DNA from: Endomicrobiales bacterium
GTDB taxonomy: Bacteria; Elusimicrobiota; Endomicrobiia; Endomicrobiales; JALOBY01
Assembly: GCA_963796955.1 (NCBI GenBank)
Contig: CAWCNJ010000008.1
Location: 256,001-320,000 of the forward strand
Length of the DNA stretch: 64,000 nt
Reading direction: 5' to 3'
The translations under genes and the position numbers were made by a program. The notes under the pieces were generated by a model. That model saw nothing but the letters and a program-made list of their open reading frames with translations, was not told the DNA's origin and did no database searches. Shown here piece by piece: positions 29,855 through 41,600 of the stretch. The stretch's first letter is position 1; every line of letters starts with the position of its first letter.

Positions 29855-31173
29855 TGAAACGACTATTACACACTTTTCTGGCGATTTTCTTTTTATCAGG
29901 AGGCCTCGTGCAGGCAACTACCAATGATACCACAAACTTCAAACTTTCGAATGGCTTGATGGTCATACATCGTAATATACCGGAACATCCGATAGTCTCT
30001 GTACAGCTTTTTATCAAACACGGAGCTATCGATGAACAGGCATCGCAGGCAGGCCTGGCGTACCTTTCCCAAACGGTCATGATACAGGGAACGCAGCACC
30101 GCACCAGCGAACAACTGGCGGCGGACCTGGAAAACCTGGGAGCCTCTCTTTCAAGCGATGTTGAACATGACTACTGCAATATCGGTTTTTCGTCTCTCAG
30201 CGACAATGCGCCGAAAGCGATGGAATTATTGTCCGATATCGCGTTAAACCCTTCATTTCCAAAAACGGAGATCGAAAAAGAACGGGCAAATACGCTGGCC
30301 GGCATTAAAAGCCGCCAGGACTACATCTTTAACGCGACCCAGGATCTGTTCAATGCCGCGTTTTACGGAAAGCACCCGTACTCCTGGTCGGAAAGCGGCA
30401 AAGCTGAGACGGTTAAAAAATTCACGGCCTCTGATCTTAAAGAGTGGCATAAACAGCACTTTACCGCCGGCGGCGCACTCCTGGTAGTTGCAGGCGACAT
30501 TTCGCTCGCGGACACTAAAACACTTGCCGAAAAATATTTTGCGGTGATGCCAAAAGATGGGAAACTGCCTGTTCTGCCACCGACAACGCTTCCCAAACAT
30601 ACCGAAGAAAAACATACATCGCCTAAATTCCAGCAGGCGATGCTGATGACGGGGTGGCCCTGCCCGGATATGTCCGCCCCGGACTATCCGATAGTAAAAG
30701 TATTGAATGCCCTGATGGGCGGGCGCATGACGGGCCGCCTGTTCGTTGAGCTTCGTGAGAAAATGAGCCTGGGTTACGAGGTCAGCTCATTTTATCCGTC
30801 CCGCCGCCAGCAGAGCCGCTACGTCGTGTACCTGGGCCTAAAACAGGAAAATATCGAGCGTGCGAAAAAGCGCCTTGCGGAAATGATCTCTGAACTGAGA
30901 ACGACGCCGGTACCGGAGCAGGAATTAAGCGACACAAAGAATTATATACGAGGCGTATACCTGATGGACCACCAGACGGCTAACCGCCAGGCCTGGTACC
31001 TGGGCTGGTGGGAACTGATGGGCGGCGGCTACAAAAATGACGACACGTATCTTGATCGCCTTCAATCCGTCTCAGCGCAGGACATACAACGAATAGCGCA
31101 AAAGTATTTGACCGACGAAAATTCAGTTCAGATCGAACTGACCCCTGCTCCGAGCGCTGTTCCGGCTAAATGA
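29854..31173 (+). CDS. M16 peptidase-like non-catalytic subunit, exported
   Basis: M16 fold motifs (GLAY...QGT, RLFVELREK..LGY), but HXXEH replaced by YLSQT. Confidence 0.88.
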   Translation: MKRLLHTFLAIFFLSGGLVQATTNDTTNFKLSNGLMVIHRNIPEHPIVSVQLFIKHGAIDEQASQAGLAYLSQTVMIQGTQHRTSEQLAADLENLGASLSSDVEHDYCNIGFSSLSDNAPKAMELLSDIALNPSFPKTEIEKERANTLAGIKSRQDYIFNATQDLFNAAFYGKHPYSWSESGKAETVKKFTASDLKEWHKQHFTAGGALLVVAGDISLADTKTLAEKYFAVMPKDGKLPVLPPTTLPKHTEEKHTSPKFQQAMLMTGWPCPDMSAPDYPIVKVLNALMGGRMTGRLFVELREKMSLGYEVSSFYPSRRQQSRYVVYLGLKQENIERAKKRLAEMISELRTTPVPEQELSDTKNYIRGVYLMDHQTANRQAWYLGWWELMGGGYKNDDTYLDRLQSVSAQDIQRIAQKYLTDENSVQIELTPAPSAVPAK

Positions 31174-32780
31174 ACTATGCGGTAATATTGATCATGCTGT
31201 TTTGCGCCTCCTGCGCGAAACACACTGAAAGGACGTCTTCCAACAACACCATCGAAAGCAAAACACCGGTTAACGGCGATATGTATGTCGCCTCATCCAT
31301 CGGCGATGCCTCCTATCTCAACCCCATCCTTGCCACCGACCAGACCTCCGGTACTATAAACAACCTCATTTATAATGGTCTTCTAAAATATGATAAAGAT
31401 CTTAAGATCACGGGGGATCTCGCCGAAAGCTGGACCGTCAGTAAAGACGGTCTTACGATAACCTTTCATCTGCGGCCCGGTGTTACCTGGCACGACGGCC
31501 AACCGTTCACCTCGGCGGACGTACAGTTCACCTATAATAAACTAATAGACCCCGCGGTAAAAACTCCCTATGGAGCAGACTATCTTCTGGTAAGATCTCT
31601 TGTTACACCGGACCCCTTGACGGTTCGCGTGACCTACAAGGAGCCCTTCGCCCCGTCATTGGAATCCTGGATGATCGGCATTGTGCCGAAACATATCTTT
31701 GCAGGAACCGATTTCAACACCGCTGCAGCGAACCGCGCGCCGGTCGGCACAGGGCCGTTCATCTTTAAAGAGTGGAAAACCGATGAAAAAATAGTACTTG
31801 AGGCCAACGCCTCATATTTCGAAGGCAAACCTTTTATAAAAAAATACGTACTGAGGATCATCCCGGACCAATCCGTTGAATTCCTTGAGATGCGCCAGCA
31901 GAACATCGACGAAATAGGTCTCTCGCCAGACCAGTACCGGGCATACGATGAGTTCTTCACGCATTACAACCGCTTCAACTACCCTTCATTCTCGTATGTG
32001 TACATGGGTTTCAATCAGCAAAACCCCCTTTATAAGAACCGGGATTTCAGGCTGGCCATTGCTTCGGCACTGGATAAAACACAGATAATCGACGGTGTAT
32101 TACTGCGCATGGGCACTGCCGCTACCGGCCCCTTTGTACCGCAATCGTGGGCCTACGATCCAGCGGTAAAAGATTTTCCGTTTGATCCCGCGAAAGCACG
32201 GACGCTTTTAAAAGAACTCGGCTTTGCCGACACGAACAACGACGGTTTTCTGGAATATAAAGGCGCTCCCTGGAGCCTGACGATCATGACGAACCAGGGC
32301 AACAAAATGCGCCAGTTGACGTGTGAGATCATCCAATCCCAATTAAAAGCGGTCGGCCTGAAGGTCAATATCCGCGTGGTTGAGTGGAGCGCCTTCATAC
32401 ATCAGTTCATAGACAAAAAGAATTTCGACTGCGTGGTGCTCGGCTGGTCTCTCGGCCGGGACCCGGACCAGTATTCCATCTGGAACAGCAAACAAACGAA
32501 CGAAGGCCAGTATAACTTCATATCATACGCGAACCCAAAAGTAGATGCACTGTTGGAACGCGGCCGGCGCACCTTTAACCAAACTGAGCGCCAAAAGATC
32601 TACCGTGCCCTGCACCGTGAGCTCCATGACGATATCGCCTATATTTACCTTTATTACCCGCTGTCTCTTCCGGCAGTCAACAAAAGGTTCATAGGGCCTG
32701 AAGTAACCGCCGCTGGCCTCGGCTGGAACTTCCATAAATGGTGGGTACCTAAAGACAGACAGAAGTACTCAGTTCAATAA
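31170..32780 (+). CDS. peptide ABC transporter substrate-binding lipoprotein (OppA/AppA family)
   Basis: Lipobox-like [37 protein letters not shown]. Confidence 0.93.
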   Translation: MNYAVILIMLFCASCAKHTERTSSNNTIESKTPVNGDMYVASSIGDASYLNPILATDQTSGTINNLIYNGLLKYDKDLKITGDLAESWTVSKDGLTITFHLRPGVTWHDGQPFTSADVQFTYNKLIDPAVKTPYGADYLLVRSLVTPDPLTVRVTYKEPFAPSLESWMIGIVPKHIFAGTDFNTAAANRAPVGTGPFIFKEWKTDEKIVLEANASYFEGKPFIKKYVLRIIPDQSVEFLEMRQQNIDEIGLSPDQYRAYDEFFTHYNRFNYPSFSYVYMGFNQQNPLYKNRDFRLAIASALDKTQIIDGVLLRMGTAATGPFVPQSWAYDPAVKDFPFDPAKARTLLKELGFADTNNDGFLEYKGAPWSLTIMTNQGNKMRQLTCEIIQSQLKAVGLKVNIRVVEWSAFIHQFIDKKNFDCVVLGWSLGRDPDQYSIWNSKQTNEGQYNFISYANPKVDALLERGRRTFNQTERQKIYRALHRELHDDIAYIYLYYPLSLPAVNKRFIGPEVTAAGLGWNFHKWWVPKDRQKYSVQ

Positions 32781-32781
32781 C

Positions 32782-33753
32782 ATGAAAAGCTATATAACCA
32801 AACGATTGATAATGATACTGCCGATGTTACTGGGCATCACACTGATGACCTTCGGTGTTATGCATCTTGCTCCCGGAAAACCGACCGATGTTATGACAGA
32901 TATGAACGCGAAGGTATCTTCATCATCACGCGCTCAACTCGTAAAATTATACGGCTTGGACAAGCCCTGGTATGTGCAATACGGCAACTGGCTTAAACGT
33001 TTCGTGCGGCTGGACTTCGGCAATTCATTCAGGGACAGCAGGCCCGCCATCAGCAAGATAGCTGAACGCCTGCCGGCCTCCATATTATTGAACCTCCTTT
33101 CTCTCGGCTTTATACTCGCGATAGCTATACCCATCGGAGTATATTCAGCGTTACATCGCAACACACTTTTCGACAGGGCGACCACCGTTTTCGTCTTTAT
33201 CGGGTTTTCAGTACCCGCCTTCTGGGTGGCCCTTCTGCTGATGATATTGTTCGGCCTGAAGCTCGGCTGGCTGCCTGCATCAGGTTTGCACTCCATAAAC
33301 TACAGTGATCTGACGTTTTTCGGCAAGCTCGTCGATACTGGACGCCACCTGATTTTGCCAGTCATCGTTTCCGCCTTCACAGGCCTTGCCGGCCTTTCTC
33401 GTTACACCCGCTCCAGTATGCTGGATACGCTTAGCCAAAATTATATCCGCACCGCCTACGCCTCGGGTCTGAGCGAACGACGTGTAATATTCGGCCACGC
33501 CTTACGCAACGCCCTTGTACCGATAGTCACTATTTTAGGCCTTTCCCTGCCGGCCCTTATCGGAGGAGGATTCATATTCGAAACCATATTCGCCTACCCT
33601 GGAATGGGCCGGCTTGGTTACGAAGCCATTATGGCGCGCGATTACCCGGTAGTAATGGCCACAGGAACAATTGCAGCTTTACTAACTTTACTGGGAAATC
33701 TATTGGCGGATATAACATACGGATTGGTTGATCCACGGATAAGGTATAAGTAA
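32782..33753 (+). CDS. peptide ABC transporter permease (OppB/AppB family)
   Basis: GLDKP..VQY, YIRTA.A.GL, HALRNAL.P, E.IF..PGMG, RDYPV, DPRI. Confidence 0.94.
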   Translation: MKSYITKRLIMILPMLLGITLMTFGVMHLAPGKPTDVMTDMNAKVSSSSRAQLVKLYGLDKPWYVQYGNWLKRFVRLDFGNSFRDSRPAISKIAERLPASILLNLLSLGFILAIAIPIGVYSALHRNTLFDRATTVFVFIGFSVPAFWVALLLMILFGLKLGWLPASGLHSINYSDLTFFGKLVDTGRHLILPVIVSAFTGLAGLSRYTRSSMLDTLSQNYIRTAYASGLSERRVIFGHALRNALVPIVTILGLSLPALIGGGFIFETIFAYPGMGRLGYEAIMARDYPVVMATGTIAALLTLLGNLLADITYGLVDPRIRYK

Positions 33754-33860
33754 TTACGGGAACAACATTGTTCTTTTAGTGCTCTGGAGCGTTGGGCAGT
33801 GTCATATAAGTTTTTCTCGGACTCGAACGAGAATAGTTGTAACAGAGGCAGTTTTAAATA

Positions 33861-34697
33861 ATGTTCACAGAATTCTTAAAACAATTTAGTAAAAACAAAC
33901 TTGCTGTAACAGGAGCTGCTATAATCCTGCTGCTGGCGATTATTGCTATTTTTGCCCCTGTGATATCATCCTTTGATCCTGCTGGACAAAATTTGATAGA
34001 ACGGCTTAGTGGACCAACGCACAAACACCTTCTTGGTACGGACGACCTTGGGCGGGATGTATTTTCGAGAATGTTGTACGGTGTTCGGATTTCATTAACA
34101 GTAGGCTTTGTGGCTGTCAGCATATCTGTTATAGTGGGGACTATATTGGGGTTGATCGCCGGCTACTTTGGCGGGTGGGTGGACACGGTTATCATGCGGA
34201 CGGTGGATATTATGCTGTGCTTTCCATCGTTCTTTTTGATCTTGCTGGTCGTGGCGTTTTTGGAACCCAGTATTTATAATGTGATGGCTGTTATCGGGCT
34301 TACCTCCTGGCCCGGGCTTACACGACTGGTGCGTGCGGAAACGCTTTCCATGCGAGAGCGGCAATTCGTGCAGGCGGCAAAACTACTGGGCACGGGCAAT
34401 ATCCGCATACTTTTCATGCATATTTTGCCTAACGTCATTTCGCCGATAATCGTTTCGGCAACACTCGGGGTTGGGGACGCCATTCTGACCGAATCAGGCC
34501 TTTCTTTTCTGGGCCTCGGTGTTCAACCGCCCGCAGCCTCATGGGGTCAAATGCTGACGATAGGCAAAGATTATATATATTTTGCCTGGTGGTTGTCGGT
34601 GTTCCCGGGCCTTGCCATACTTTGCACGGTGCTGTCATTCAATCTTTTGGGCGAAGGGTTACGTGATGTCCTGGATCCGAGGAGCGGAAAGCGTTGA
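33861..34697 (+). CDS. peptide ABC transporter permease (OppC/AppC family)
   Basis: HLLGTDDLGRD, HILPN, ESGLSFLGLG, SWG.ML, LGEGLRDVLDP. Confidence 0.94.
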   Translation: MFTEFLKQFSKNKLAVTGAAIILLLAIIAIFAPVISSFDPAGQNLIERLSGPTHKHLLGTDDLGRDVFSRMLYGVRISLTVGFVAVSISVIVGTILGLIAGYFGGWVDTVIMRTVDIMLCFPSFFLILLVVAFLEPSIYNVMAVIGLTSWPGLTRLVRAETLSMRERQFVQAAKLLGTGNIRILFMHILPNVISPIIVSATLGVGDAILTESGLSFLGLGVQPPAASWGQMLTIGKDYIYFAWWLSVFPGLAILCTVLSFNLLGEGLRDVLDPRSGKR

Positions 34698-35500
34698 GTA
34701 TCCTGCTCGATATAAAAAACCTTTCTGTTGAATATTATCGCGATGATGCCGTTATCAACGCGGTCAACGACTTTTCACTGCCTGTCTATGCAGGTGAAAC
34801 GGTCGGCATAGTGGGGGAATCGGGTTGCGGCAAAAGCACGATGGCGCTTGCCGTTATGGGTTTGATCAGCCCCCGGGAAGGACGGGTCACCGGCGGAGAA
34901 ATAGTTTTTGAAGGATCGCCGTTATTAGCCAGATCACCCGGACAATGGCAGGCCTTGCGCAGCAGGCATATCTCCATGATATTCCAGGACCCCTATACGA
35001 CATTTAACCCGGTGCTCAAGATCGGGGCGCAGATCGTAGAGTGTGTTAAGGCGCATCAAATGAACCTTACTCAGAATGAAACTGCAACGCTGGTGCACGA
35101 AGCGCTGATTGATGCGCGCCTGACGGACACTAAACGTATTTTCTCATCGTATCCTCACCAACTATCCGGCGGGCAGCTGCAACGATGCGCCATAGCCATG
35201 GCCTTGTGCAACAAACCGCAGTTACTGATAGCGGATGAGCCGACGACCGCGCTGGACGTTACTATCCAGCGGGAGATCATGGACCTGCTCGATACATTGA
35301 AAGCGGAACACAACCTGACCATACTCTTTATCACTCATAACCTGCCGCTGGCTCATGAACGCTGCCAGAAGATAGCGGTGATGTATGGCGGCACGCTGGT
35401 GGAATATTCGGATAAGGAAAGCATATTCACCGCGCCGCAGGATCCCTACACGCGTACGCTTATAAATTCCGTGCCGAAATTCGTCTCTTCAAAAACATGA
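34694..35500 (+). CDS. peptide ABC transporter ATPase (OppD family)
   Basis: GESGCGKS, MIFQDP, YPHQLSGG, IADEPTTALD. Confidence 0.94.
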   Translation: MSILLDIKNLSVEYYRDDAVINAVNDFSLPVYAGETVGIVGESGCGKSTMALAVMGLISPREGRVTGGEIVFEGSPLLARSPGQWQALRSRHISMIFQDPYTTFNPVLKIGAQIVECVKAHQMNLTQNETATLVHEALIDARLTDTKRIFSSYPHQLSGGQLQRCAIAMALCNKPQLLIADEPTTALDVTIQREIMDLLDTLKAEHNLTILFITHNLPLAHERCQKIAVMYGGTLVEYSDKESIFTAPQDPYTRTLINSVPKFVSSKT

Positions 35501-36258
35501 ACACACTTTTGATCAACAACCTATCGAAGACGTTCAGGACCGGCAGCGGTTTGTTCGCGGGAGGTGAACACACCGTTCAGGCTTTGAACAATGCTTCACT
35601 TTCAATTGACGAGGGCTGCATACTGGGCCTTGTGGGAGAGTCGGGTTCCGGTAAAAGCACCTTAGGCAAGATCGTATGTAAATACTTTGAACCGGACTCC
35701 GGATCGGTTTTACTTTCTGGGAAACCGCTTCAAAGCTATTCACGACAGGAACTATCGCGCACCGTTCAAATGATCTTTCAGGACCCGTATTCCTCGCTTA
35801 ACCCGCGGCTGAACATTTCATCCGTACTTGCAGAGGCTATCCCGGGTTTCAAAGGCCGGGAAAGAATTGAAAAACTTACTTCGGTGCTCATATCCGTAGG
35901 ACTGGACAGCAGCGCCCTGAAATTATACCCGCACCAGTTCTCAGGCGGGCAGCGCCAGAGGATCGCGATCGCGCGCGCGTTGCTGAAGGAACCGAAGCTG
36001 CTTATCGCCGATGAGCCTCTCTCATCGCTCGACGTAACGATACAGGATCAGATCCTCGGGTTATTCAAAGAGCTGCGGTCTCACTATAACGTGTCGATAC
36101 TTTTCATTAGCCATGATATCGCCACAACGGCCGCCTTATGTGATACTATTACCGTATTGAAAGACGGGTCCGTCGTTGAAAACGGCCTGACAAATGATAT
36201 AATAAAAAACCCGAAAAATGATTATACAAGGAAATTGATCCTGGCGGTACCAACCTGA
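35497..36258 (+). CDS. peptide ABC transporter ATPase (OppF family)
   Basis: GESGSGKST, FQDPYSSLNPR, YPHQFSGGQRQRI. Confidence 0.94.
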   Translation: MNTLLINNLSKTFRTGSGLFAGGEHTVQALNNASLSIDEGCILGLVGESGSGKSTLGKIVCKYFEPDSGSVLLSGKPLQSYSRQELSRTVQMIFQDPYSSLNPRLNISSVLAEAIPGFKGRERIEKLTSVLISVGLDSSALKLYPHQFSGGQRQRIAIARALLKEPKLLIADEPLSSLDVTIQDQILGLFKELRSHYNVSILFISHDIATTAALCDTITVLKDGSVVENGLTNDIIKNPKNDYTRKLILAVPT

Positions 36259-37679
36259 TGAAAAACATCGTTTCAACTAAAGCTATTATCAATACCGTTA
36301 CCAGGCTTGCCGGGCCGGACGCACACGTATATATCGTAGGCGGCTGGCTGCGTGATGAGCTGATGGGCAGAAAGACCTGCGACATGGACCTGGCATTGCC
36401 GGGTGACCCCGCAAAACTAGCCGCGGCTATCGCCAGGGAACTGAAAGGCAAGTGTATCCTGCTTGACGAAAAAAATTGCGTTTACCGGGTCATTTTATTC
36501 GATTCCGAGATATGCTGCCTTGACCTCTCAAAGTTCAAAGGCCCCACGATCGAGAAGGATCTGTACTTGCGGGATTTCACTATAAACGCGCTGGCACGGC
36601 CGCTTAACGGGACACAGCTGCTGGACCCGCTGGACGCGGCTCAGGATATATCGAAAAAGGTTGTGCGCTTATGCTCCGCCGACGCCTTCAAGCAGGATCC
36701 TCTCAGGATGCTGCGCGCCTTCAGGTTCAGCGCGGAACTTGGCTTTGACATCACAACGGACACTATACGGGCTATAAAAAAATATTATTCCTTGATAACT
36801 AAGCCGGCCGGAGAGCGGGTTCGCGACGAATTTTTCCGCATATTGGCCGTACCCCACGCCGCGCCGATGCTCATTCAAATGGATTCTCTGGGCGTTCTAC
36901 CGGAACTTTTTCCTGAAATAGCAGAAATGAAAAAGCACTCAAAGAAGTATTATTTTCATGAAGGCGGTCTCTGGGAACACGTCTTGAAAACACTGGAGGC
37001 CGTGGAAGAAGTACTGTCGCACATGGAACTTTTTCTGCCTGCCAGCCACGAACAGGCCGCGGCCCATTTTGCCAAGGCATACTCCGGCGGAATAACCCGC
37101 CCGGCCCTGCTTAAGCTTACCGCGCTTTTTCACGATCTTGCCAAACCCGCCTGCTATAAAAAAATAGAAGGCCGCGTTCGTTTTCTTGGCCATGACAGCG
37201 AAGGCGCGAAAATGTTCGAAAAACTCCTGCGCCGTCTTAAACTGAGCAGATCAGAGATCGATGCGGGCAGCCTGCTGGTGGAAAACCACATGCGCCCCAT
37301 AACCCTGACCCAGGCCCCGAAATTGACTCAGCGGGCGATGTTGCGGCTGTTCTCCATAACCGGCGACTATACGCCCGAGCTAATGGTGCTCTCTTTAGCG
37401 GACTGCCTTTCTTACCGGAACGTAAAAAAACAAATGAAGCTGACCCTGCCGTTCGCCCAGCAGGCCGCGCTCTTCGACAAGATCCTCAGCCGGTATTTTC
37501 AAAAGGAAGCACAGCCGCCCATGCCCAGGATCATTGACGGAAAGATACTGATGAAAAAATTGAAGCTTAAGCCGGGGCCGGAGATCGGCAGGCTGCTTAA
37601 GCTTGTTTCAGAGGCGCAGGCGCTGGGGAAGATCAGCACGACCGGCCAGGCACTTGCGCTCGCGAAGAAAAACCTGTAG
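36258..37679 (+). CDS. CCA-adding/poly(A) polymerase-family nucleotidyltransferase with HD domain
   Basis: VGG..RD...D.D, RDFTINA, DPLRMLRAFRF, ERVRDEF, HD motif LFHDLAK, PGPEIG. Confidence 0.88.
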   Translation: MKNIVSTKAIINTVTRLAGPDAHVYIVGGWLRDELMGRKTCDMDLALPGDPAKLAAAIARELKGKCILLDEKNCVYRVILFDSEICCLDLSKFKGPTIEKDLYLRDFTINALARPLNGTQLLDPLDAAQDISKKVVRLCSADAFKQDPLRMLRAFRFSAELGFDITTDTIRAIKKYYSLITKPAGERVRDEFFRILAVPHAAPMLIQMDSLGVLPELFPEIAEMKKHSKKYYFHEGGLWEHVLKTLEAVEEVLSHMELFLPASHEQAAAHFAKAYSGGITRPALLKLTALFHDLAKPACYKKIEGRVRFLGHDSEGAKMFEKLLRRLKLSRSEIDAGSLLVENHMRPITLTQAPKLTQRAMLRLFSITGDYTPELMVLSLADCLSYRNVKKQMKLTLPFAQQAALFDKILSRYFQKEAQPPMPRIIDGKILMKKLKLKPGPEIGRLLKLVSEAQALGKISTTGQALALAKKNL

Positions 37680-37694
37680 AATACAGGCTGCCGC

Positions 37695-38672
37695 ATGTAT
37701 TATGTGAAATTTGGGGGAAAGATGTCAGTGTACTCGATCCACATGCTCTACACCGTTGTATATATAATCACCGTGTGTTTTGTCGCCGTAGGCGTGTGGT
37801 TCGGTTTTCGCGCCTGGCGCCACAGAATAATCCGCAGTATCGAAGAATCCACCTCTCATTTGCAACGACGACTTAAGGAATCTGAAGAACGCGCAAGCGT
37901 GCTGAACGGTTTTGCAATGGACATAATCCATTCAGTCGATACTACCGGCCATATACTATCAGCGAACAACTATACCTGCAAGCTGCTCGGCTACGAGCAA
38001 AAAGAACTGCTGGACCGTCCGATGCAGCAGCTCTACGGCAGAGCCACCTGGCGGGCGCTGTTTTCCAATTTCAAAAAACTCAAGGTCGAAGGCGTACTGG
38101 TGCTGCCGAACGCCCATATGGTCCGAAAAGACGGCACGGTACTGGATGTGGATATCCACGCTATCTCTATTTATGACGAACGCGGGAACTTTGTAAAAGT
38201 GCGCTGTATCATACGGGATGTTACGGACCGGCGACGCTCAGAGAACATGCTGCGGCTGCTGGAAGCAAAATACCGTACGCTGGTTGAAACCGTGCCCGGT
38301 ATCATCAGCAATATCTCAACCGACGGAAAGATATTATTCATCAACGATTTTTCCACCGAGACCCTTGGCTACAGGCCCTCGGAACTGGAAGGACAGAACT
38401 GGTGGGAAACCTTTTACCCCGATACCCTGAATGAACAAGTGCCCGCCTTCCTGAGCGCGCTCAACGAGCATGGTGAACTGCGGGATTTCCGCATGACCCT
38501 GGTCAACAAACACGGAGCCCTGCGCACTTTTTCCTGGAATGCCCGCGCCATCCGTAACGCCGTATCGTACGATCTTGACGAAATACTTTTGATAGGCACG
38601 GATGTGGCGGAACGCAAGCGTCTTGAAGACTCTCTTTACGCGCAGAAGATTTCCTCTGCCTCCAATATTTAG
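37695..38672 (+). CDS. membrane-anchored protein with two PAS domains and no output domain
   Basis: One TM helix, coiled coil, PAS/PAC ending RDVTDRR, second PAS ending DVAERKRLE, then a stop about 13 aa later. Confidence 0.8.
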   Translation: MYYVKFGGKMSVYSIHMLYTVVYIITVCFVAVGVWFGFRAWRHRIIRSIEESTSHLQRRLKESEERASVLNGFAMDIIHSVDTTGHILSANNYTCKLLGYEQKELLDRPMQQLYGRATWRALFSNFKKLKVEGVLVLPNAHMVRKDGTVLDVDIHAISIYDERGNFVKVRCIIRDVTDRRRSENMLRLLEAKYRTLVETVPGIISNISTDGKILFINDFSTETLGYRPSELEGQNWWETFYPDTLNEQVPAFLSALNEHGELRDFRMTLVNKHGALRTFSWNARAIRNAVSYDLDEILLIGTDVAERKRLEDSLYAQKISSASNI

Positions 38673-38684
38673 TAATATGTACGC

Positions 38685-41600
38685 ATGAACGGGATCAAAA
38701 ACTACTCAAATATCGTTGGCGGCGGCAAAGCGCTTTTTGCTTTACAGCTGTTGAAAGAACATCCGCTGGTGCTTGTTTCCGTCGCTGAAGAATACCTGCC
38801 GGTACTGCAGAACAACCTTACGGCCCTTATCGCGGTGTACCCCTTTACGGACGCTATTCCGCTGCACTTTTTGCCTCCTGCCCAGCAAAAAGGCCATGCG
38901 GGGGCGCTGGCTGAAATAGCCATCTCCAAAAGAGGTCTGGTATTGACCGATACTAGAACCATCGGCGAGAATACGATCTCCGCTCAGCTGCTTAATGAAA
39001 AATCCCTCACACTGAACACCGGCACGGCATATAAATACGAAGAGCTGCTGGCACGGCTTACGGAACTCGGTTTCGAGCGTGCCGAATTTGTAGAAGACGC
39101 CGGGCAGTTCAGCAGAAGAGGCGAAATATTGGACGTCTGGGCGCCGGGCAAGGAAATGCCCTGGCGGGTAGTGTTCGGCTTTAACACCGTAGAATCCATC
39201 CGTGAATTCGATGCCGCGACCCAGCTTTCCGGCAATTTCCATAAACAATTATCTCTTTATCCGCTACACATTGCGGCGGAATCCGGGCTTGAAGCCTATG
39301 TGCCGGCCGGCTCTGCGATATACATAGATTCTGCCGTTAATGAAAGTATCGCCGAAAGATTCTCAAAGTTCCCGATATATGCCAACAACCCGCTTACCGG
39401 TGACGCTATCGACGCGGGTTTTCGCCCGTGCACCCGCTGGGAAGGGAAATTCGCGCTTTTCGCCCAGGACCTTGCCAGAGCCCACCGTGAAGGGATGCAG
39501 GGCGTTATCTGCTGTGCCAACGAAGGCGAACGGGAACGGCTGGAGGACCTTTTAGCGACCGCCGGTGTAGAAGAAGGCGCGGCAAAATTATCGGTCGCCC
39601 CTTTAGATGAAAGTTTTTACGCACCCGCCCTGAAGAGGGCGTATTTCAGCGCGCAGGAAATACTGTATAAAAGAAAACCCGTCAGCTTCCCGAAATTCAA
39701 AAGCGGCCGCCGACTTGAGACGCTGTGGGAGATATCAGCCGGTGATTTTGTGGTGCATGAGAAATACGGCATCGGCAGGTATCAGGGATTGAAACGCATC
39801 GCCCGGGGGGACCAGGAAAAAGAATATCTGATGATCGAGTATAAACACGGCGACCGTATCTACGTGCCCCCGGAAGATTTCCGCGTGGTTCAAAAATACG
39901 TCGGTACGGAAGGGCACCGGCCGCGACTCTACTCGATAGATACCTCCGCATGGGAAAAAGCCAAGACCCGGGCGAAAGCCGGGGCGGAGAAAATGGCCAA
40001 CGAACTGTTAAAACTATACGCGGGCAGACAGACCGTTTCAGCCCCCTCATTTTCGACGACAGCCTGGGAACGTGAGCTTGCCGACTCGTTCAGATATGAC
40101 GAGACCGAAGACCAGGTGCGGGCCATTGAGGAAGTTAACCGGGACCTGGAAAGCCCAAAGCCGATGGAGCGGCTGATCTGCGGCGATGTGGGTTTCGGCA
40201 AAACCGAGGTAGCTATCCGCGCGGCATTTAAGGTAGCTACCAACAGCGCGCAGGTGGCGATCCTTGTGCCGACGACCGTGCTCGCGGAGCAACATTACAA
40301 TACCTTTTCAGACCGCATGGCATCTTTCCCCGTCAAGGTGGCCTTTTTAAGCCGCTTTCAAGGTAAGGATGAACAGGCCGCTATTATCGCCGGCATCAAG
40401 GACGGCAGCGTCGATATCGTTATCGGCACGCACCGGCTGCTTTCAAAAGATATCTCGTTCAAAAACCTGGGGCTCTTGATAATCGACGAAGAACACCGGT
40501 TCGGCGTAAAGCAGAAAGAAAAGATAAAGGCCTTAAAGCAGAACGTGCATATTTTGTTACTTTCCGCCACGCCGATCCCGCGCACGCTCTCTTTCGCCAT
40601 GGCGAACCTCAGGGACCTCTCGCTGATAGAAACACCGCCGTACGGCAGGCTTCCCATAGAAACACATATGAGCGTTTACGACGAAAAAGTCGTTAAGAAC
40701 GTGATCGAAGCGGAGCTGTCCCGCGGCGGGCAGGTCTACTATGTGCACAACCGCGTGCAAACCATAATCGAGTCCGCCGCCGGCATCAAAAAAATGGTGC
40801 CGCACGCGCGGGTTGGCGTTGTGCACGGCCAGCTTTCGGCAACCCAGATAGAAGAGGCGATGTACCGCTTTATGCATAACGACCTGGATGTGCTGGTGGC
40901 CTCTACGATAATCGAATCCGGTCTCGATATCCCTTCTGCCAACACCATGATCATAGAAGAAGCCGAGGATTTCGGCCTCGCCCAGCTTTATCAGCTGCGC
41001 GGCAGGATCGGGCGGGAAAAACAAAAAGCGTATTGTTACCTCTTCTTTTCAAAGGGCGCACTCAGCGAGAATGCCAGCAAAAGGCTGCAGGCTCTCTACG
41101 AATTTTCCGAGCTGGGTTCAGGTTTTCGCCTGGCGCTGCGCGATACCGAGATCAGGGGAGCCGGCAACATTCTTGGCGCCGAACAGCACGGATTCGTTAA
41201 AGAGGTCGGTTTTGAACTTTTCAGCCGCCTGCTCGCCGAAGCAAGCCCCAAAATACGCGCGGCGGGTTCTGCTAAAGGCACGCCTGAAGATGAATTCACG
41301 CCGGAACTTTCCTTTCAGGCACCGGCCCTGCTGCCGGCCGATTATATAGAAGGCGACGACATACGTATCAGCTTTTATCGCAGGCTGGCGACCGTACGAA
41401 CACCCGAAGACCTGGCCAAAATACGCTATGAGCTTACCGACCGTTTTGGTACGCTGCCGCAACCCGCCGAGAACCTGCTCACGATCTCGGATATACGGAT
41501 AATCGCCAGGAACAACCGTATCGCGGCGATTACCGAATCAGATGAAGCGCTGACCGTTTATTTATCTAATTTTATCACCCTGGATCCGGAAAACATAGTG

